Positions 40,253-62,180 of a DNA stretch of 64,000 bases are shown piece after piece. The stretch comes from Intoshia linei. Taxonomy: Eukaryota; Animalia; Orthonectida. The DNA lies in the NCBI GenBank assembly GCA_001642005.1, contig LWCA01000013.1:23582-87581 (forward strand). Reading direction: 5' to 3'. A program made the position numbers and the translations under genes. The notes beneath the pieces are model-generated. The model saw only the letters and a program-made list of their open reading frames with translations, did no database searches and had not been told where the DNA came from. Each line of letters starts with the position of its first letter. The stretch's first letter is position 1.

Positions 40253-40743
40253 CTAAATTGATATTATATTTTTCAGGACAGCTAACTAAAGTCCAACCAC
40301 AAAGCTAGTCACCCAAAAATGAAAAATAGACCACAAATTTTTTTCGAATACAATAAGTAGTGTCGTGTATCCATAGGCTCCTCTCCGAGCCTCTTGACTT
40401 GACATTTTAAATTTAACACACAAAATAGCCCAATTTTTAATGCCCTATCAGTAAAAATAAGGCCACCGTTTTACAAAAATTTCGTCAAGTCCCCCTCAAA
40501 GAGGTTGAAAATAAATTTGAAAAAATTGAATATTTAGTTTATATATTTTAAATTTTTTATGACAAAACACACACAATGTACAATGTACCAAAACTAAAAT
40601 TATTAAATTTCAGCAAACTACATTCTGTACATAATAACCAATGGTTATTATTGTTATTAACCATAAGCAATAAAATTGAATATAATAAATTTAATGAAAA
40701 AGCAAGTTTATTGAATAATATTTATTTAGATAATCTAACAAAA

Positions 40744-41943
40744 ATGTCCAGACAAAGCGAAAGTATGCAAGTTAAGAATTAAGTAATATAATGAAATCTA
40801 GAACTAATGTTTGAATTACAAATGGATGTAAAAAAAATGAAACGAGAAGCAGATAAAGCCAAATCTAGATCTGAAATGGCCAAAAAGAAGGTGAAAAATG
40901 TATATATTTTAAAAAAATTAGATTTGATTAAAATTTAGTTAATTTTAAAAAATGAAATTAAGGAGGCTGAAATTGAAGCAGAAAATTCAATAAGTTTGTA
41001 CAATAGATCGCTGATGTATAGGCGGTATGCATCTAAAATTGATCTTATTGCACACAAATTGAGACACAAACAAGCTATCGAGGGAATGACTAAAAATATG
41101 ACCAAAATTGCGCATAGTTTACACAATTCTCTTACTACTGCCAAAATTGGAAATGTTTATTTTTCATGATACATAATGAAGCATGAGTTTTCATTGTCTT
41201 GTCAACATTTATATCAGACATTCCCAACATTTTCCGTTGCACTCTTGGGTTCGACAGAAAAATTTTGGGTGAAAAAATTTACATTTTGTAACGCTTTTTT
41301 CATCATTTTCAACTATTCATACAGTGTTTCTCAAATTATGCGTCCGAAAAATTATTGAAAAATTATTGAAAAATTATTTGTCAACATTTAAGTTTACTTG
41401 ACGGTAGGAGTCTGAGAAATTGAAGGGTCAACAGTTTAAACTTTGAGAATATCTGATTTCAAGGAATTTAGATTTAAGTTTTAATAAATACTCATTAGTT
41501 TCATGTTTTGTTTAGATTACCGAAATTTCCGAATTGTTTGAACAGCAGATGGAAAAATTGGACATTCACTCTGGAATTGTTCAAAATACAGTAGCTGCAT
41601 CTGATGTCATAAATGCGCCAGCTAATGAAATTCAAAATTTGATGAAAGCTGCAGCAGATGAAGCCGGGTTTGTTAATTTACATAATATATCAAAATTATG
41701 TAAAATTGTTCACATAATTCTGAGTTACAAAAAATTCAAAATAAATTACCCTCTATTTTATTTTTTAAATTTCAAAATAACTTACATTTTAGCATTGAAT
41801 ACAATATAGCTCTATCATCCAACGACCAACAAAATACAGTTACTGAACAGACTGAAATTGAAGTAATTTATATAGATTTTATTATATATTATTAATTATA
41901 GGAGGATCTTAATGAGGAATTACGTAAATTGAGACAATTATAA
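40744..41943 (+). CDS. CHMP1: ESCRT-III protein CHMP1/Did2; exons 40744-40762, 40802-40899, 40939-41154, 41516-41667, 41793-41862, 41902-41943
   Basis: Motifs AEIEAENSI, FEQQMEKLDI, LMKAAADEAG and a C-terminal MIM1-like EDLNEELRKLRQL. All introns are GT-AG and in phase. Confidence 0.9.
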
Positions 41944-42023
41944 TCAATTTAAAACTGTTGTATTTATTTTGTTATATTATTTTTATTAAATTTTTTACCA
42001 TTTTATTTTATTACCAGTAAATA

Positions 42024-42666
42024 CTAGCTTGACTATTATGTACTTTGTACAAACAACATCCTAGCTTAACCGAGGGCGGGCTTTTTTAATTCTACAAAAA
42101 AATAAATTCACTAATATAATCTTATTTAAAAATGGTACATTCATTATTATCAATCCAATAAAGGAGTGGATCCTAAACTTTTTTCACCATGAACCCGTAA
42201 TTTCAAATTATATTTATATCACTAGTCAACACTGAAAAATAATACCGTTTTGTAGATAAATTTGGACTGTGATTGACTGACTTTGGATTGGACTGTTTTT
42301 ACTTTATTTTTAAATGTTAATATACAAAAAATTAAGATGGAATAGTTCACTTTAAAGTAATAAGTAATGTGATATAATGGTTTCACCTGACACAAATTTG
42401 GGAACCACTCCTTTAAATGATTGATAATAGTGAATAGTAGGATTTTTAAGTTAGATTTTCAACGTGAATTTATTTTTTAAGTATAATAAAAATGTGCTCT
42501 CGGCAGAGCTAGGTCCTGTTTGTACGTAGTATGTAAATTTATTTTTTGGTAGTATAAAAATGTTCCCTCGGTAGAACTAGGCTACGCTGTATTTTTAAGT
42601 ATAATAAAAATGTGCCATCGGCAAAGCTAGGCCCTGTTTGTACGTAGTACATAACAGTCAACCTAG
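42024..42666. mobile_element. Two Helitron 3' ends in opposite orientation, the right one with a triplicated subterminal segment
   Basis: ctag at 42024 (minus) and 42663 (plus). The aaaatgtgccctcggcagagctagg-like unit occurs three times at ~42474-42666. Confidence 0.7.
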
Positions 42667-43654
42667 ATAAAAAATAAAAAAGGTAATAAAGGATTAGATA
42701 TTTACTAGTTTACTTACATATAGCGAAAGTTTCACTGAGTTTGTCTAAAATTTGTTAGACAGTGTAATGGAGCATTGCTTCATTGACACACATTCACGTA
42801 TGTCAAATAAATTTCACACCGAGTTAATTACATGTCATTCCTACAAAATATTTTCGTTGTAAATTTAAATTTTAATCCAACCATGCAATTAATTTACTAT
42901 TTTATGCCATTTGTACGTTATTTATTTATACCTCTACAATTTTTAAAGTAAAAATTACCTAATTGAACAGATAAAATTTGTACAAATTCAATCAAAACCA
43001 AACAAACACAACATTTTGTCCAAATTTTCGTTATCATTTTCAGTCTAATTTTTAAAACATTTTAATCTAATTTTTCAAATTGAACGTGATCATATTTTAA
43101 TAGCTTAATCAATGTCTAGAAATGTCATGGTTCAAAATTAAAATGTACATGGTTCAATAGGTTTGTATATTACATAATTCGCTATCGTTAGTGCGATATG
43201 AATGATAGACAACTCACTATTTAAATATGATAAATTTTTTAACTAATGTATACAACCAGACATTTTATTAAAATTATGCCTGCACAATTTGTGTAGTTTC
43301 ACAAGTAGATAAACTCAGTAAGCGATAAATGGCTCATTTTATATTTTTACACCAATTTTTATGTTTTGTATTAGGTACAAACTGGCCTGTCTGTCAAGAG
43401 CCGACAAGTTTTCAGTCAAACCACTTTGGCGACTTTATCATGAAGTGAACAATTAACTTGTAACAACTGTAGTTACAATAACTTATTTAATTTGTGTTAG
43501 CTTCATGCTAATATCATTAGAGCATTTAATTACAATTGTAAATAAATATACAATAACAATGCATTTGTACAACTTAAAAAAAATATAATTTAACTAACTG
43601 TAAATAACGATAAACAAAATAACAGAAAGATGACGTAGTGACAGAAACTAATTA

Positions 43655-43666
43655 TTTGGCGGAAAA
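43655..43666. promoter_or_regulatory. Candidate E2F site TTTGGCGGAAAA about 20 bp upstream of the ORC1 ATG
   Basis: Matches the TTTSSCGS consensus in very GC-poor DNA. ORC1 is an established E2F target in fly and human. Confidence 0.6.
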
Positions 43667-43686
43667 TATAAATATAAATTGATTTT

Positions 43687-45237
43687 ATGAAATTGGAAAG
43701 TAAAATGAAATCTCAAAGATTAAGTTTAAAAGATTATAAAGATTTAAAAAATGTAAAAAGAAACAGTATGATGGTAATAAAAGAAAAACCAAGTAAAAAG
43801 CGATTATCATCGATTGTAACAAGATCAATGTCTATGGATAAAGCTATACCAAACAAATACAAAAAAATTGATAAAATAAAGGAAAACGAAGATAAACTAT
43901 ATGATAAACAAAATGAAAATTTAAAAAGTATAAAAAAACCAAACTTGGAACGAATAAAATCATTGCGGAACCGATCAATGATCAAGTACGACGATTCATT
44001 AAAATTCACAGTGTTGAAAAAGTCCTTAGAAAAACACAAGAGCCAAATTACGGTACTAAAAAAGCCAAAAATAGACATAAACAATGTAACAAAGAAAAAG
44101 ATTCAAAACATAAACAAAGACATCCAATACACCCCGAGAAAGTCAACAATGTGTTTTGACGGACATTTACCGTGCCGAGAAAAGGAATACAACCACATTA
44201 AAAAATTTGTATCGAGTCATTTAAAACAAAAAGTTGGCGCCTGTTTATACATTTCTGGCGTACCTGGAACAGGAAAAACAGCGACAGTTACTAAAATTAT
44301 CTCAGACATTACAAATTCCTTTAAAGCCGTAAAATATGTTCATTTAAATGGGATGGAATCTACAGGTCCAAACCAGATCTATTCTAAAATGGTACAGCAG
44401 TTAACGGGTAGGAAAATGAGTACAACCAAATCATTACCATGTCTCGTCAATCTTTTCGGGATAAATTTAATAGAAAAAACCCAAAAGAAGTACACTAGTG
44501 CTCTAATAGTTATCGACGAACTGGACATGCTTGTTGGATCACAAAAAAACTCGGCTATTTATAATATTTTCGATTGGCCGAATCAATCAAAGTCTTGTCT
44601 CGTTGTTTTAGCTATAGCTAACGCAATGGATTTACCTGAAAGATTATCTGCAAAAATATCATCTAGAATAGGACTTAACCGTTTAACATTTGAACCGTAT
44701 TATTACGATGAATTGATTAAAATTATTAAATACAAATGCACTTCCATTTTGCCCAGTATTGGTTCCAAGAATGTGGAATTTATATCTCGTAAAGTTGCTT
44801 CACTTTCTGGTGATGTTAGGAGAGCTATCGATACGTGTAACAAAATTAAATTGGACATTTCACGAGAAAAATCTCGCAAAACAAAAATTGATGAAAATTT
44901 GATTAAAAAAATTATTATGGCTACATTCTCTTCTCCTGTGCATGAGGTCATTTTGGCTAGAACTTTTTACGAAAAAATATTATTAAATTCATTTGCTACA
45001 GTCATCAACAAGACTGGTATAGATCAAATCAAAATAAAGGATCTTTATAATCATTTTTGTCAATCTTGTGTTTTTTCCGGAAATTCTTATGTTTCTCTTT
45101 ATAGTTTTTATAACATGTGTGTCGAACTCAATCAATCTAGACTCATTCTTATTAATTCTGCCAATTCTCCTTTTAATTGTCACATTCAGCTGTTGGCAAA
45201 TACAGACGATATTTTTACATGCACCAAAGAAAATTAA
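43687..45237 (+). CDS. ORC1: Origin recognition complex subunit 1 (AAA+ and winged helix; no BAH domain), single exon
   Basis: Motifs LPCREKE, YISGVPGTGKTATV (Walker A), IVIDELDML (Walker B), IYNIFDWP, IANAMDLPER, SSRIGLNRLTFEPY, RKVASLSGDVRRA. Confidence 0.95.
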   Translation: MKLESKMKSQRLSLKDYKDLKNVKRNSMMVIKEKPSKKRLSSIVTRSMSMDKAIPNKYKKIDKIKENEDKLYDKQNENLKSIKKPNLERIKSLRNRSMIKYDDSLKFTVLKKSLEKHKSQITVLKKPKIDINNVTKKKIQNINKDIQYTPRKSTMCFDGHLPCREKEYNHIKKFVSSHLKQKVGACLYISGVPGTGKTATVTKIISDITNSFKAVKYVHLNGMESTGPNQIYSKMVQQLTGRKMSTTKSLPCLVNLFGINLIEKTQKKYTSALIVIDELDMLVGSQKNSAIYNIFDWPNQSKSCLVVLAIANAMDLPERLSAKISSRIGLNRLTFEPYYYDELIKIIKYKCTSILPSIGSKNVEFISRKVASLSGDVRRAIDTCNKIKLDISREKSRKTKIDENLIKKIIMATFSSPVHEVILARTFYEKILLNSFATVINKTGIDQIKIKDLYNHFCQSCVFSGNSYVSLYSFYNMCVELNQSRLILINSANSPFNCHIQLLANTDDIFTCTKEN

Positions 45238-45274
45238 AATTTATTAATGTACATATATTTACAATAAACAATAT

Positions 45275-53383
<8,109 letters not shown>

Positions 53384-54509
53384 CTTTTTTGTTGATAATT
53401 TTTTAATTTATGTTCCATAGATAAATATTCTATAGATAAATAAAGTTTAGGTTTTTGGACGATAATGAAGAATGGATTTCTAAAAATTTTTCACAAATGA
53501 TACAGTGTCATATGACCCTAGTCATATATCTAATGCTTTTGATATGCCATTTTAAATTTAACACACAAAATAAGTTATGATATTGAAGAATATAATTTTT
53601 TAATGCTCAATTTCGAATAATGAGGCCTCCATTTTATTAACAAAATTTCAACAAAAATTACAAAAAGAGCCTTAAAGAGAGATTATAAATATTTTTGGAT
53701 GATACAATTCAAATTTACACAATGTCAATCAAAGAAAGATATATCTATGAATGGTATACCGAGAAAAATCTTATTTTTTCAAATTCAACATAGTCATTTT
53801 ATTAAAGCGTCATATCCACTAATGAATATGCGTGGCTATACAGTAAATATTAAATGTAATGCAATCAGATATTCTAGGTAGTTCTTCGTCCGCAACGTTA
53901 TCTTTATCTTTATTTACTCGTTGAATTTCTTTCAGACTGGATATGATATCATAAAATTACGAATTATAACTAGGGCAAGCAAAAGTCAAAAAAGTTAAAA
54001 TTTGATATATTAAATAGTTTAACAGTATGATGGCACCAATATCGTCATTATTAATTGGTTAATTAAAATTTTATAAAGTTAATACGGTTAGAAAAGTTAA
54101 TAAAGTTAGATTTTGAAAATATTCAATTATTTACATGTGCATTTTAAAATTTGAATCCTTATCAAATTTTAATCTAATATTCAGTTAATACCTAAATTTC
54201 CAAAGTCTAGACAGAAAAAATTTTTATTTAATAAAACATTCAAATTTAAATAAGAAACTGAAAAAACTTTGTTAATATCATTTTGATATTACAATCGTTT
54301 GCAATAGTGGTAAAATTACGCTGAAATATTTATAAAGTGAAGATTCAGTTAATTATTATTACACAATTGGTATTTTTAAGTATTTATTAAATTGGTACTG
54401 AATATATGTCATCACATTGAAAATGACAAAATAGATTTTTATAGTTTTATTTTTTCTGGAATTTATGCTAATTATGACAATTTTTAGGATTGGACTGTTT
54501 TTACTTTAT

Positions 54510-54963
54510 GAGAAAAAAATTAATTTACGTTATTTTGGTAGAAAATACTTTGTTTTAATAAATTGCAAACAAATTGTACTTTATTTTTAGTAATACGTAC
54601 TTTATTATAAAAATGAAAAATTTTACCCATGAATTCAGGTGAAGATATAAAGAAGAGTAAGAATATGTTGGATTTCGATATCGCATGAGGAGTTTGATGA
54701 AATTAATCTTTGTCAATATAAAAAGGTTGATTTGCAAAAGCTTTATTTAAAAACATCACAAAAATTTTTCTGCAATAATGACAAAATTTGTGGATGTTTT
54801 TTGAGGAAGGACATTTTAAAAACAGGAGTTATTAATTATTATAAGAACAAGATGGAAGTTTGTATTTTTAAAATTATCCAGAACAAACCTGATATTAAGA
54901 AAACAAAATAATGTATGAGCTACTAAAATAAATACCAAAATAACGTTAAATTACCGAGTAGCC
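54510..54963. mobile_element. 454-bp insertion with 9-bp TSD and subterminal inverted repeats (Mutator-like), nested in a Helitron copy
   Basis: TTACTTTAT at 54501-54509 and 54964-54972. taattt(a)acgttattttggta is inverted at both ends. The flanks join into an uninterrupted sequence seen at ~58071-58130. Confidence 0.75.
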
Positions 54964-55539
54964 TTACTTTATTTTTAATATTATACACACATTCTGTCTA
55001 ATAAATTAAAAACATAGGATAGCAATTGTTTTTAAAATTCTTTACGCAAATGTTAACAAACAAAAAATTAAGATGGAAATAATTCACTTTAAAATAAAAA
55101 AGAATGTGATATGATGGTTCCACAGAAATAAATTTGGGAACCACTCCTTTAAAGAATTGATATTAGTAAATAGTAGGATTTTTAAGTTAAATTTTCAACG
55201 TATGTATTGTTGTAATGTATTTTTAAGTATAATAAAAATGTGCCCTCGGCAGAGCTAGGTGCTGTTTGTACGTAGTGCATAACAGTCAAACTAGTGGTTT
55301 ATAAAATACGAGATGTCAGATTATACGGCCGCGTCAAGATATGGTGCTAAGATGTAAGATACAAAAGTTTATAGATGATAATGGATACAAACAATAATAA
55401 TAATAATACAATATCACAGAAACGTAAACATGCAATTTTATCAACCATTATTCACCAACTCACTACGAATCAATGATGATGAATGCAAATAATGAGACGC
55501 ATTTATTTCTACATTTTTATTTTAAAATAATATCAGGAA

Positions 55540-58500
55540 TTATATAATTAAATTTGCGCTATTTGAGTTTTCTAGAAGAGATAAGTAATTTAAAGGAAAT
55601 GCCAAACATAATCCGAGGAATATTGCACTTAATATGACTAATCCTGCTAGCATTGCAGATGATCCTTTAATTTTATTTGGTAAATTTCTAAAATGTAAAT
55701 TAACATTTTTAATGACTTAGTGATTATTTCCGAATAATAGCCCAAATAAACATACATGTATGTACTGAATGAAAACTTACCAAGTTTGAGGTCATCTGAA
55801 AATGAAATAAAATCACAAATGATGCGTAGAATACATCAATTAGCCACATTTCCAGGATCTTGATGTGATACAATAGTTATGATATTCAATCATTAAAAAA
55901 TTTTTGTAATGCTTAAGATGGCAAAATGAGGTCACCATATTGCAAAAATTCAATCACTAATTATGAAAATAAAATAAAAAAATTACTCTGGAATCATCAT
56001 AACGGCTCCACTTAGAATGTATCCATTTGATATTGCTAGTAATGAAACAAATATTCCAAACATCAAATCTGATTTTATTAGTCGAGGTATAAAACGTGTT
56101 TCTTTCGGAGACAAATTAAACAATAAAGCCAACGGTAAAAATAGAATACGACTTATTGTTGTAATCAGATAAAAATTATCGTTTTGCTAAAGATATATTC
56201 TATTTATTTATATTAAATTGTATAGGTTTATCAGTGGTTTTCAATATTTTTTGAGAATCGCCCTTCTCAATTTACAATTTAACTTGCTTTATTAAAATCC
56301 TCTTAAAATTTCAATTTTATATAATTTTTAATTTTATTCAGTGTTTGGAATTTGTGCTCCCTCATTTACTCTATGTTATTTGAAAAAATTATAAATTTAA
56401 AATTAAAAAATCAGAAAAAATGACGAGACTCAAAAAATATATTTGGTGATCCCACTGTCAAGAAATCTGATATATTATTTTTTATTATAAAAATATTTCG
56501 AAGGATATCTTTGAAAAAACGTTTCACCACTGAATTAGCCAATATAAAATAAAACAATCAAATATATAAATGACGAATTACAGAGGACCCTTTTTATAAA
56601 ATATATTAATTATTATTTTTTTAAATTTTAATTGAGTCAATTAATAGTAATTTTAAATAGAATAATTGTTGACATTATTAAGATATATTTTAATACATAC
56701 CGAACAATAAACTGATGCTAGAAGAGATCCCAATAGTGCAAAAAGATTAAAATTTAAAAATACAACCAAAGCTTTAAAATATGGATGATCTAAATTTTGA
56801 TTATAGACATAACGTTTATTAGGTAAACTTCATTATTAAGGCGGTGAACTATTGTGATGTGTCTGACCAGATGAGGCATAGTTACCAAAATAGATTAATA
56901 AAAATATCAATTCAAATTGAACTATGGTAAACTATACATGTTTGGTTTGATAAAAGAAGAAATCTGGTTTCTTCAGTTGACGAAGAGATACAACAATAAC
57001 TGTTTGTTCACCACCTTTGCTTTAACGTGAAATAAAAATAAAAAATTATAATAATATACGGTATACACCAAAGGTGGAGAAGCATTTACTTTTCTAAGGC
57101 TGCCCTAACGCCCCAAAAAAATTTAATAAGGCCGCAAATAACTTTATAAGTAAAATTTAATCAAATACAACAGTGCTATTCATGGGAAGTGAATACGAAA
57201 ATTTTAGATGATTGGGGTAATTGATAAATTTTTAGCATATTTTATTCAATTTAGTAAAATCTTATGAGAAAAACCTCTCTTTTACCAATATTTTTCTGAA
57301 AAATACCATTTTACCAAACTTTTAGATGCTAAAAATCCATCTATCTGATCCAACCGAAAAAGCTTAATTTTACCAAAAATTAATATTTTTAAAATAATAA
57401 AAATTTTTCACAAGACCGCACCAAATCGTCAATAATGCCGCACTTTTCTCACCTCTGGTCTACACTGTTATTTAAATTTATCATTTATATTATTTATTTA
57501 ATATTACAGTATGATATATTCTTATTTGTCGAATTTATTTGATACGTTAATCCTGGAAATATCATAAATGTCACTGTGAATACCAATAATACTGACGTAT
57601 ACAGTTTCCATTTCTATAAATTAATACATTAGTATTATGGAGTCCTGATTATTCGAAAATTTGAAAAACCGGTTATCGAATAATTCCGGTTATTTGAACA
57701 ACGATTATCTGATTAATCAGAATTTAAAATTTTTAACATATAAACCAATAAATCCTTACTTATATAATATGCTACGCGATTTTTGTTTGTGTGTGTGTTC
57801 CACTTTATTTAAACATCCCAAAGTCACATATTACGGGTCAAAAACCCCAATTGTCCTTTTTTTTGAAAATTAAACGAGTTGGAGAATTTAAAAAAATATA
57901 TACGCTGATACTGATTTTCATCATCGCTGAAATCATAAACATTATCATAAATTTCAATTTAGAAAAATTATATCTTCAGGGCCAAAATCTGAAATTACCC
58001 TTCTTTTTTTAATGAAAACAGCCCTAGAATTTAAAAAAATTTACAGGTGGCACAGTTGTATCTTGTAGAATTTTTAGGATTGGACGGTTTTTACTATATT
58101 TTTAATATTATACACACATTCTGTCTAATAAATTAAAAAAATGGGATAACAATTGTTTATAAAATTATTTACGCAATATCAACAAACAAAAAATTAAGAT
58201 GGAATAATTTACTTTAAAGTAAATGGTAATGTGATATATGATTTCAATGATATATTTATGACAATTTTGAAAATCCAATTATTCGAAATATATTCCGATT
58301 ATTTTTCTCCGATTATTGTAAGCGATTAACCGGGTTTTGGATTAATCAATTAATCGGATATCATTCCATAATTAGTATATTTAATACATATATTATAAAT
58401 AATAGACACATAATAATATATATTATATTCTGTATTTGATAAAATCCCTCATGGTGTTTGTGATTACACAATGCCCCGTTAATACTAGATCTCTCATAGA

Positions 58501-61500
58501 ATCATTTTGATATAAAAATTAGAAAAATTACAATCTTAATAATATTCATATAGTCCTTCTTTATCAAACGTAATGATACATTTTCTTCATTGTCAATTTT
58601 TTGGGAAACTTTAATTACTTTTGTTTTATTGATTTCATATTTATACGCCATCTGAAAAATTAAATGTCACATTTGTAATTAGAGAAAAATTATATTTAAA
58701 TTTCGAATAAATGAAATTACTGTATTAGGAATACTTTGACTGGCTGCAAATGCAATCAATGTTATTAAAAGAGCAATTGAAAATAATAGTATGCCTGCAT
58801 ATGATAAATTCTTTTCAAAAACTAAATTATACATTTATTTTAATCAAAAATTTTTTTGTAGACCAAATAAGATTTTTACCAAACTTTGTGATTATTATTT
58901 GGAAATAATAAATATGGGAATATGTATCAAAAAATTTGGGAATTCCATATACCAACTACAAAAATATCATGGCGAACATTAATTTGAGTCATGTATTGTT
59001 AGAGCGATATAATCATAGAATTTGTTAATTAATCATATTATTGATTTTTTAACCAAATTTTTGTGGGTTCTGTGTGGAAAATTTTTTCTACCGTTTTTAA
59101 AAGATTTAATGATAATTTTGGGATCAAATTTACGTAAGGTTTTAAGGGAATATTTTTTTCTACCATTTTTTAAATATTTTGAAGATAATTTTGCTACCAA
59201 AATTAATTGCTTTTTTAAGAAAATATTTTTTGTACATTTTTTAAAGATTCTAAAGATAATTTAGAACCCAAATATAGTAGAATTTTTAAGTATTAGAGTA
59301 GAGATCGCACAATGGCTCGTCCAAAATTGCCTTCAAAGTCTTTTAAAAATTGTAGAAAAAATATTCCCTTCAAACCATAAAAAATTTTGTCCCAAAGTTA
59401 TGAATATAAGATAATCGAAATAATAATAAAATATGAATAAAGAAACGCACTAAAATTTTGTGAAAAAATCAGTGATTAATTATGATAAATTAGTAAAATC
59501 GATGATTATGTCGCTCCAAAGAATGGCCGTCAAATATCATACAATCACAAAAAATATAAAGCAAGTACCTGCACTCGTTAGCATTACTAATAATGTAGTT
59601 ACAACTCCACTTGTATTCTAAATATTAATTTTTAATAGAAATAAATTTTATGAGTTAAAAATCAAAAATTGATTCAAAATATGCGCTATTTTGGCGAAAG
59701 TTTACTTTTTTTCTGGATATAACTCATTTTATATACTAAAACTGAAAATAATAAAAATTTAAAAATTTTGAAAAAAGTGGTCCACTTTTCACAAACGGTC
59801 CATCCTCCAATTTTTCTTCTATCATAAATTACTCTACTTAATCTATCGCTACAATTAGCTATTTACATGTCCAGTGCATAATTTTCACTTGACAATACGA
59901 GTTTAATACTAAGATGTAAAAGTATTTAATTAGATTTCGAAAGGTTCTAGTACCAATAGTAATCATAATAATCAAAATTACCATTCCAATATTTACACAA
60001 TTCAAATATGTCTTATCCAATGTGGCAATATAACCAAACGTACAACATTGCAGAATTGACTGGAATCCTAAAATACATAATTATTACTTATATATAAAGT
60101 AAAAATTGCTAAAAATGTATGTTTTGAGTTATTGGTTACTTCTAAAATGGTATGAAATAAAACTACACTAATGCACTTATTAACAATACTTAAATTTAAA
60201 TGTGACCAATTGTTAATCAAAATAATTGCCTCTAAAAATGTAAACAAAATTGATCAGAGAGAGTAGTTTTTAGTAATTTTTGTCTCATACCCCTTTGGGA
60301 AACAAACAAAATATCTGGTATAAAAATTAAAAATATAAAAAATTAATATAATTACAAATTATATATATAAACAAACCATAAAATTAAAGTATTACCATTA
60401 ATAAGAAAAGCCATAAATATTGTCATTATAAAATAGCAGAAAACATCTATAAATGAATAATGTTACATAATAATTAATAATTACAGTTTGAAGTATCCAC
60501 TATAGCTAAAATAATTGATATCAAACAAAATAAAATGGCTGCAATGTAACTAATTTTTATTCGTTGCAACAATGTAAATCTAAAATAACATTTCTATAAA
60601 AAAATCCAAAGGAATCAATTATATAGATTTCCACCCATATTTCTTTATTGGAAATGTGTAAACATTCACTCCACATTTTTTTGAAATTGTAGGATGATTG
60701 TTTACTTTTTAATTTTAATCCAACATTTGAAAAATATTGGTTGATAATATATTTAAAATTGTTTTTTACCGAGAATGCGTGGATTTCAGAAATTTTGTAT
60801 TTATATTAACTGGAATAAGTTGTATCAGAATAATCTTTTTTTAAAAAAAAATGAACATTAAAGTGTTTTTTTGACCATGAAGGCGTCACCTTATCAGATT
60901 AAAAATTTTTGTGTGTGTTAACTGGATATAACTGTATCATCTGTAATTTTTTTTAAATTCTAGGGCTGTTATCATTTAAAAAAAAAAAATTTGAGTTTTT
61001 GACCGTGAAAATTACCTTTTTTGAAGTTATTATTTATGATAATACTTATGAATTTAAAACCATCCAGGAATTTATATTGTCTAAAATTATAAGATTTTCT
61101 TAATTTTTCAAAAAAGGGGGTAATTTGTGGTTTTGGCCGTGAAAATGTAAGATTTTGAAATTGAAAATTATCATAATATTGATGAATTTAAAATTTTTTA
61201 TTAGAATGTGTATTTTTGATAATTTTAGGACTGGTTTTAATTTAAAAACAGAGGACAATTGAGTTTTTAACCTTGAAGGACACAATTTCTGAAATTGAAA
61301 TTTGAGATAAAAGATCACTCTGAAAAACTGGAATAAATAAACAAATAAATAGATATACATTTTTAACCATTTTACTTTATATAAATAAGGAGGGTATCTA
61401 TTAGATATCTATTAGAATCAATTTAAATAAATATAGTTAAATTTTAAATTGATTGCGACCACAAAAACTTTCAACAGTCCATGTTAGGAAACCCTGGTTA

Positions 61501-62180
61501 TAGTTTTAAATAGCAAATACATTTATTAATTGATTAATATACCTATTAAATAAACTAGTAAAATTATTTAATGCAGCAGTCACTAGAGCTAAAGCTTGTA
61601 CAGAAATTCCAACATATCTAATAATAATTGTTAAATGATATGAAAATCTTTTAATTTATAAATGTATAAATAAGAATTTTGCAGATACGAGATTTCCCGC
61701 CTTCATAAATTAATATCAAAAAATGATGTAATTTGATTGTGGTATTTAACGGGATAATGTCTTTTATAATTAATATGATAATACATTCTGTATTCACAAA
61801 AATTGATAAAAATTTGCATAAATTATAATTATATATATATCAACCCAATCAAATTCAACTAAATCAAACAATTTAAATTAAATTACGATATATAGTAATC
61901 CTGATACACATTAGTTGTACCATCTTTCTGATCAACAAACTTTAACTTGTGTTGTACAAAATACTAAAAAAATAAATTGAAAAATTTACTATAAAAATAT
62001 ACAAAAAAAACATACTTGATAAGCAGATATAAATATATTGTAAGGTAGCAAAATGGAAACTCCAATTAAATAAATAAAAAAATATAAAATTAATCTTGAT
62101 CTTTGATTTGGTTGTTGAGGATCAATAATTGATACATTTTTAGTTTCATTATTTAAACCTTCTTTGCAAATGCTCTGCAT
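55540..62180 (-). CDS. Equilibrative nucleoside transporter (SLC29), ~453 aa, 13 exons: 62180-62016, 61963-61887, 61617-61543, 60579-60485, 60446-60396, 60067-59982, 59617-59569, 58821-58721, 58651-58532, 57613-57508, 56789-56701, 56186-55987, 55687-55540
   Basis: Motifs LIGVSILLPYNIFISA (TM1), ILQCCTFG, VFTVTFMIFPG (TM7), FLNFNLFALLGS (TM8), SRILFLPL (TM9), LAISNGY (TM10). Exon lengths sum to 1362 nt in frame. Confidence 0.92.
57069..57457. mobile_element. hAT MITE family D
   Basis: TIRs caaaggtggagaag / cttttctcacctctg; TSD gtatacac / gtctacac. Confidence 0.8.

Noticed and set aside
43734-45183. Minus-strand ORFs overlapping ORC1 (and similar ORFs opposite NCAPD2, Eph, CHMP1 and POLR3A)
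   Set aside because: These are antisense or alternative-frame shadows of real CDS with no recognisable motifs.
43687-45237. CDC6 instead of ORC1
   Set aside because: GVPGTGKTATV, YNIFDWP, ANAMDLPER and RKVASLSGD are ORC1-type motifs.
55300-56190. Plus-strand pseudogene-like frames with stops
   Set aside because: These are the antisense shadow of the last ENT exons on the minus strand.
53400-58530. ENT truncated after TM6
   Set aside because: TM7-TM11 exons were found at 57613-57508, 56789-56701, 56186-55987 and 55687-55540.
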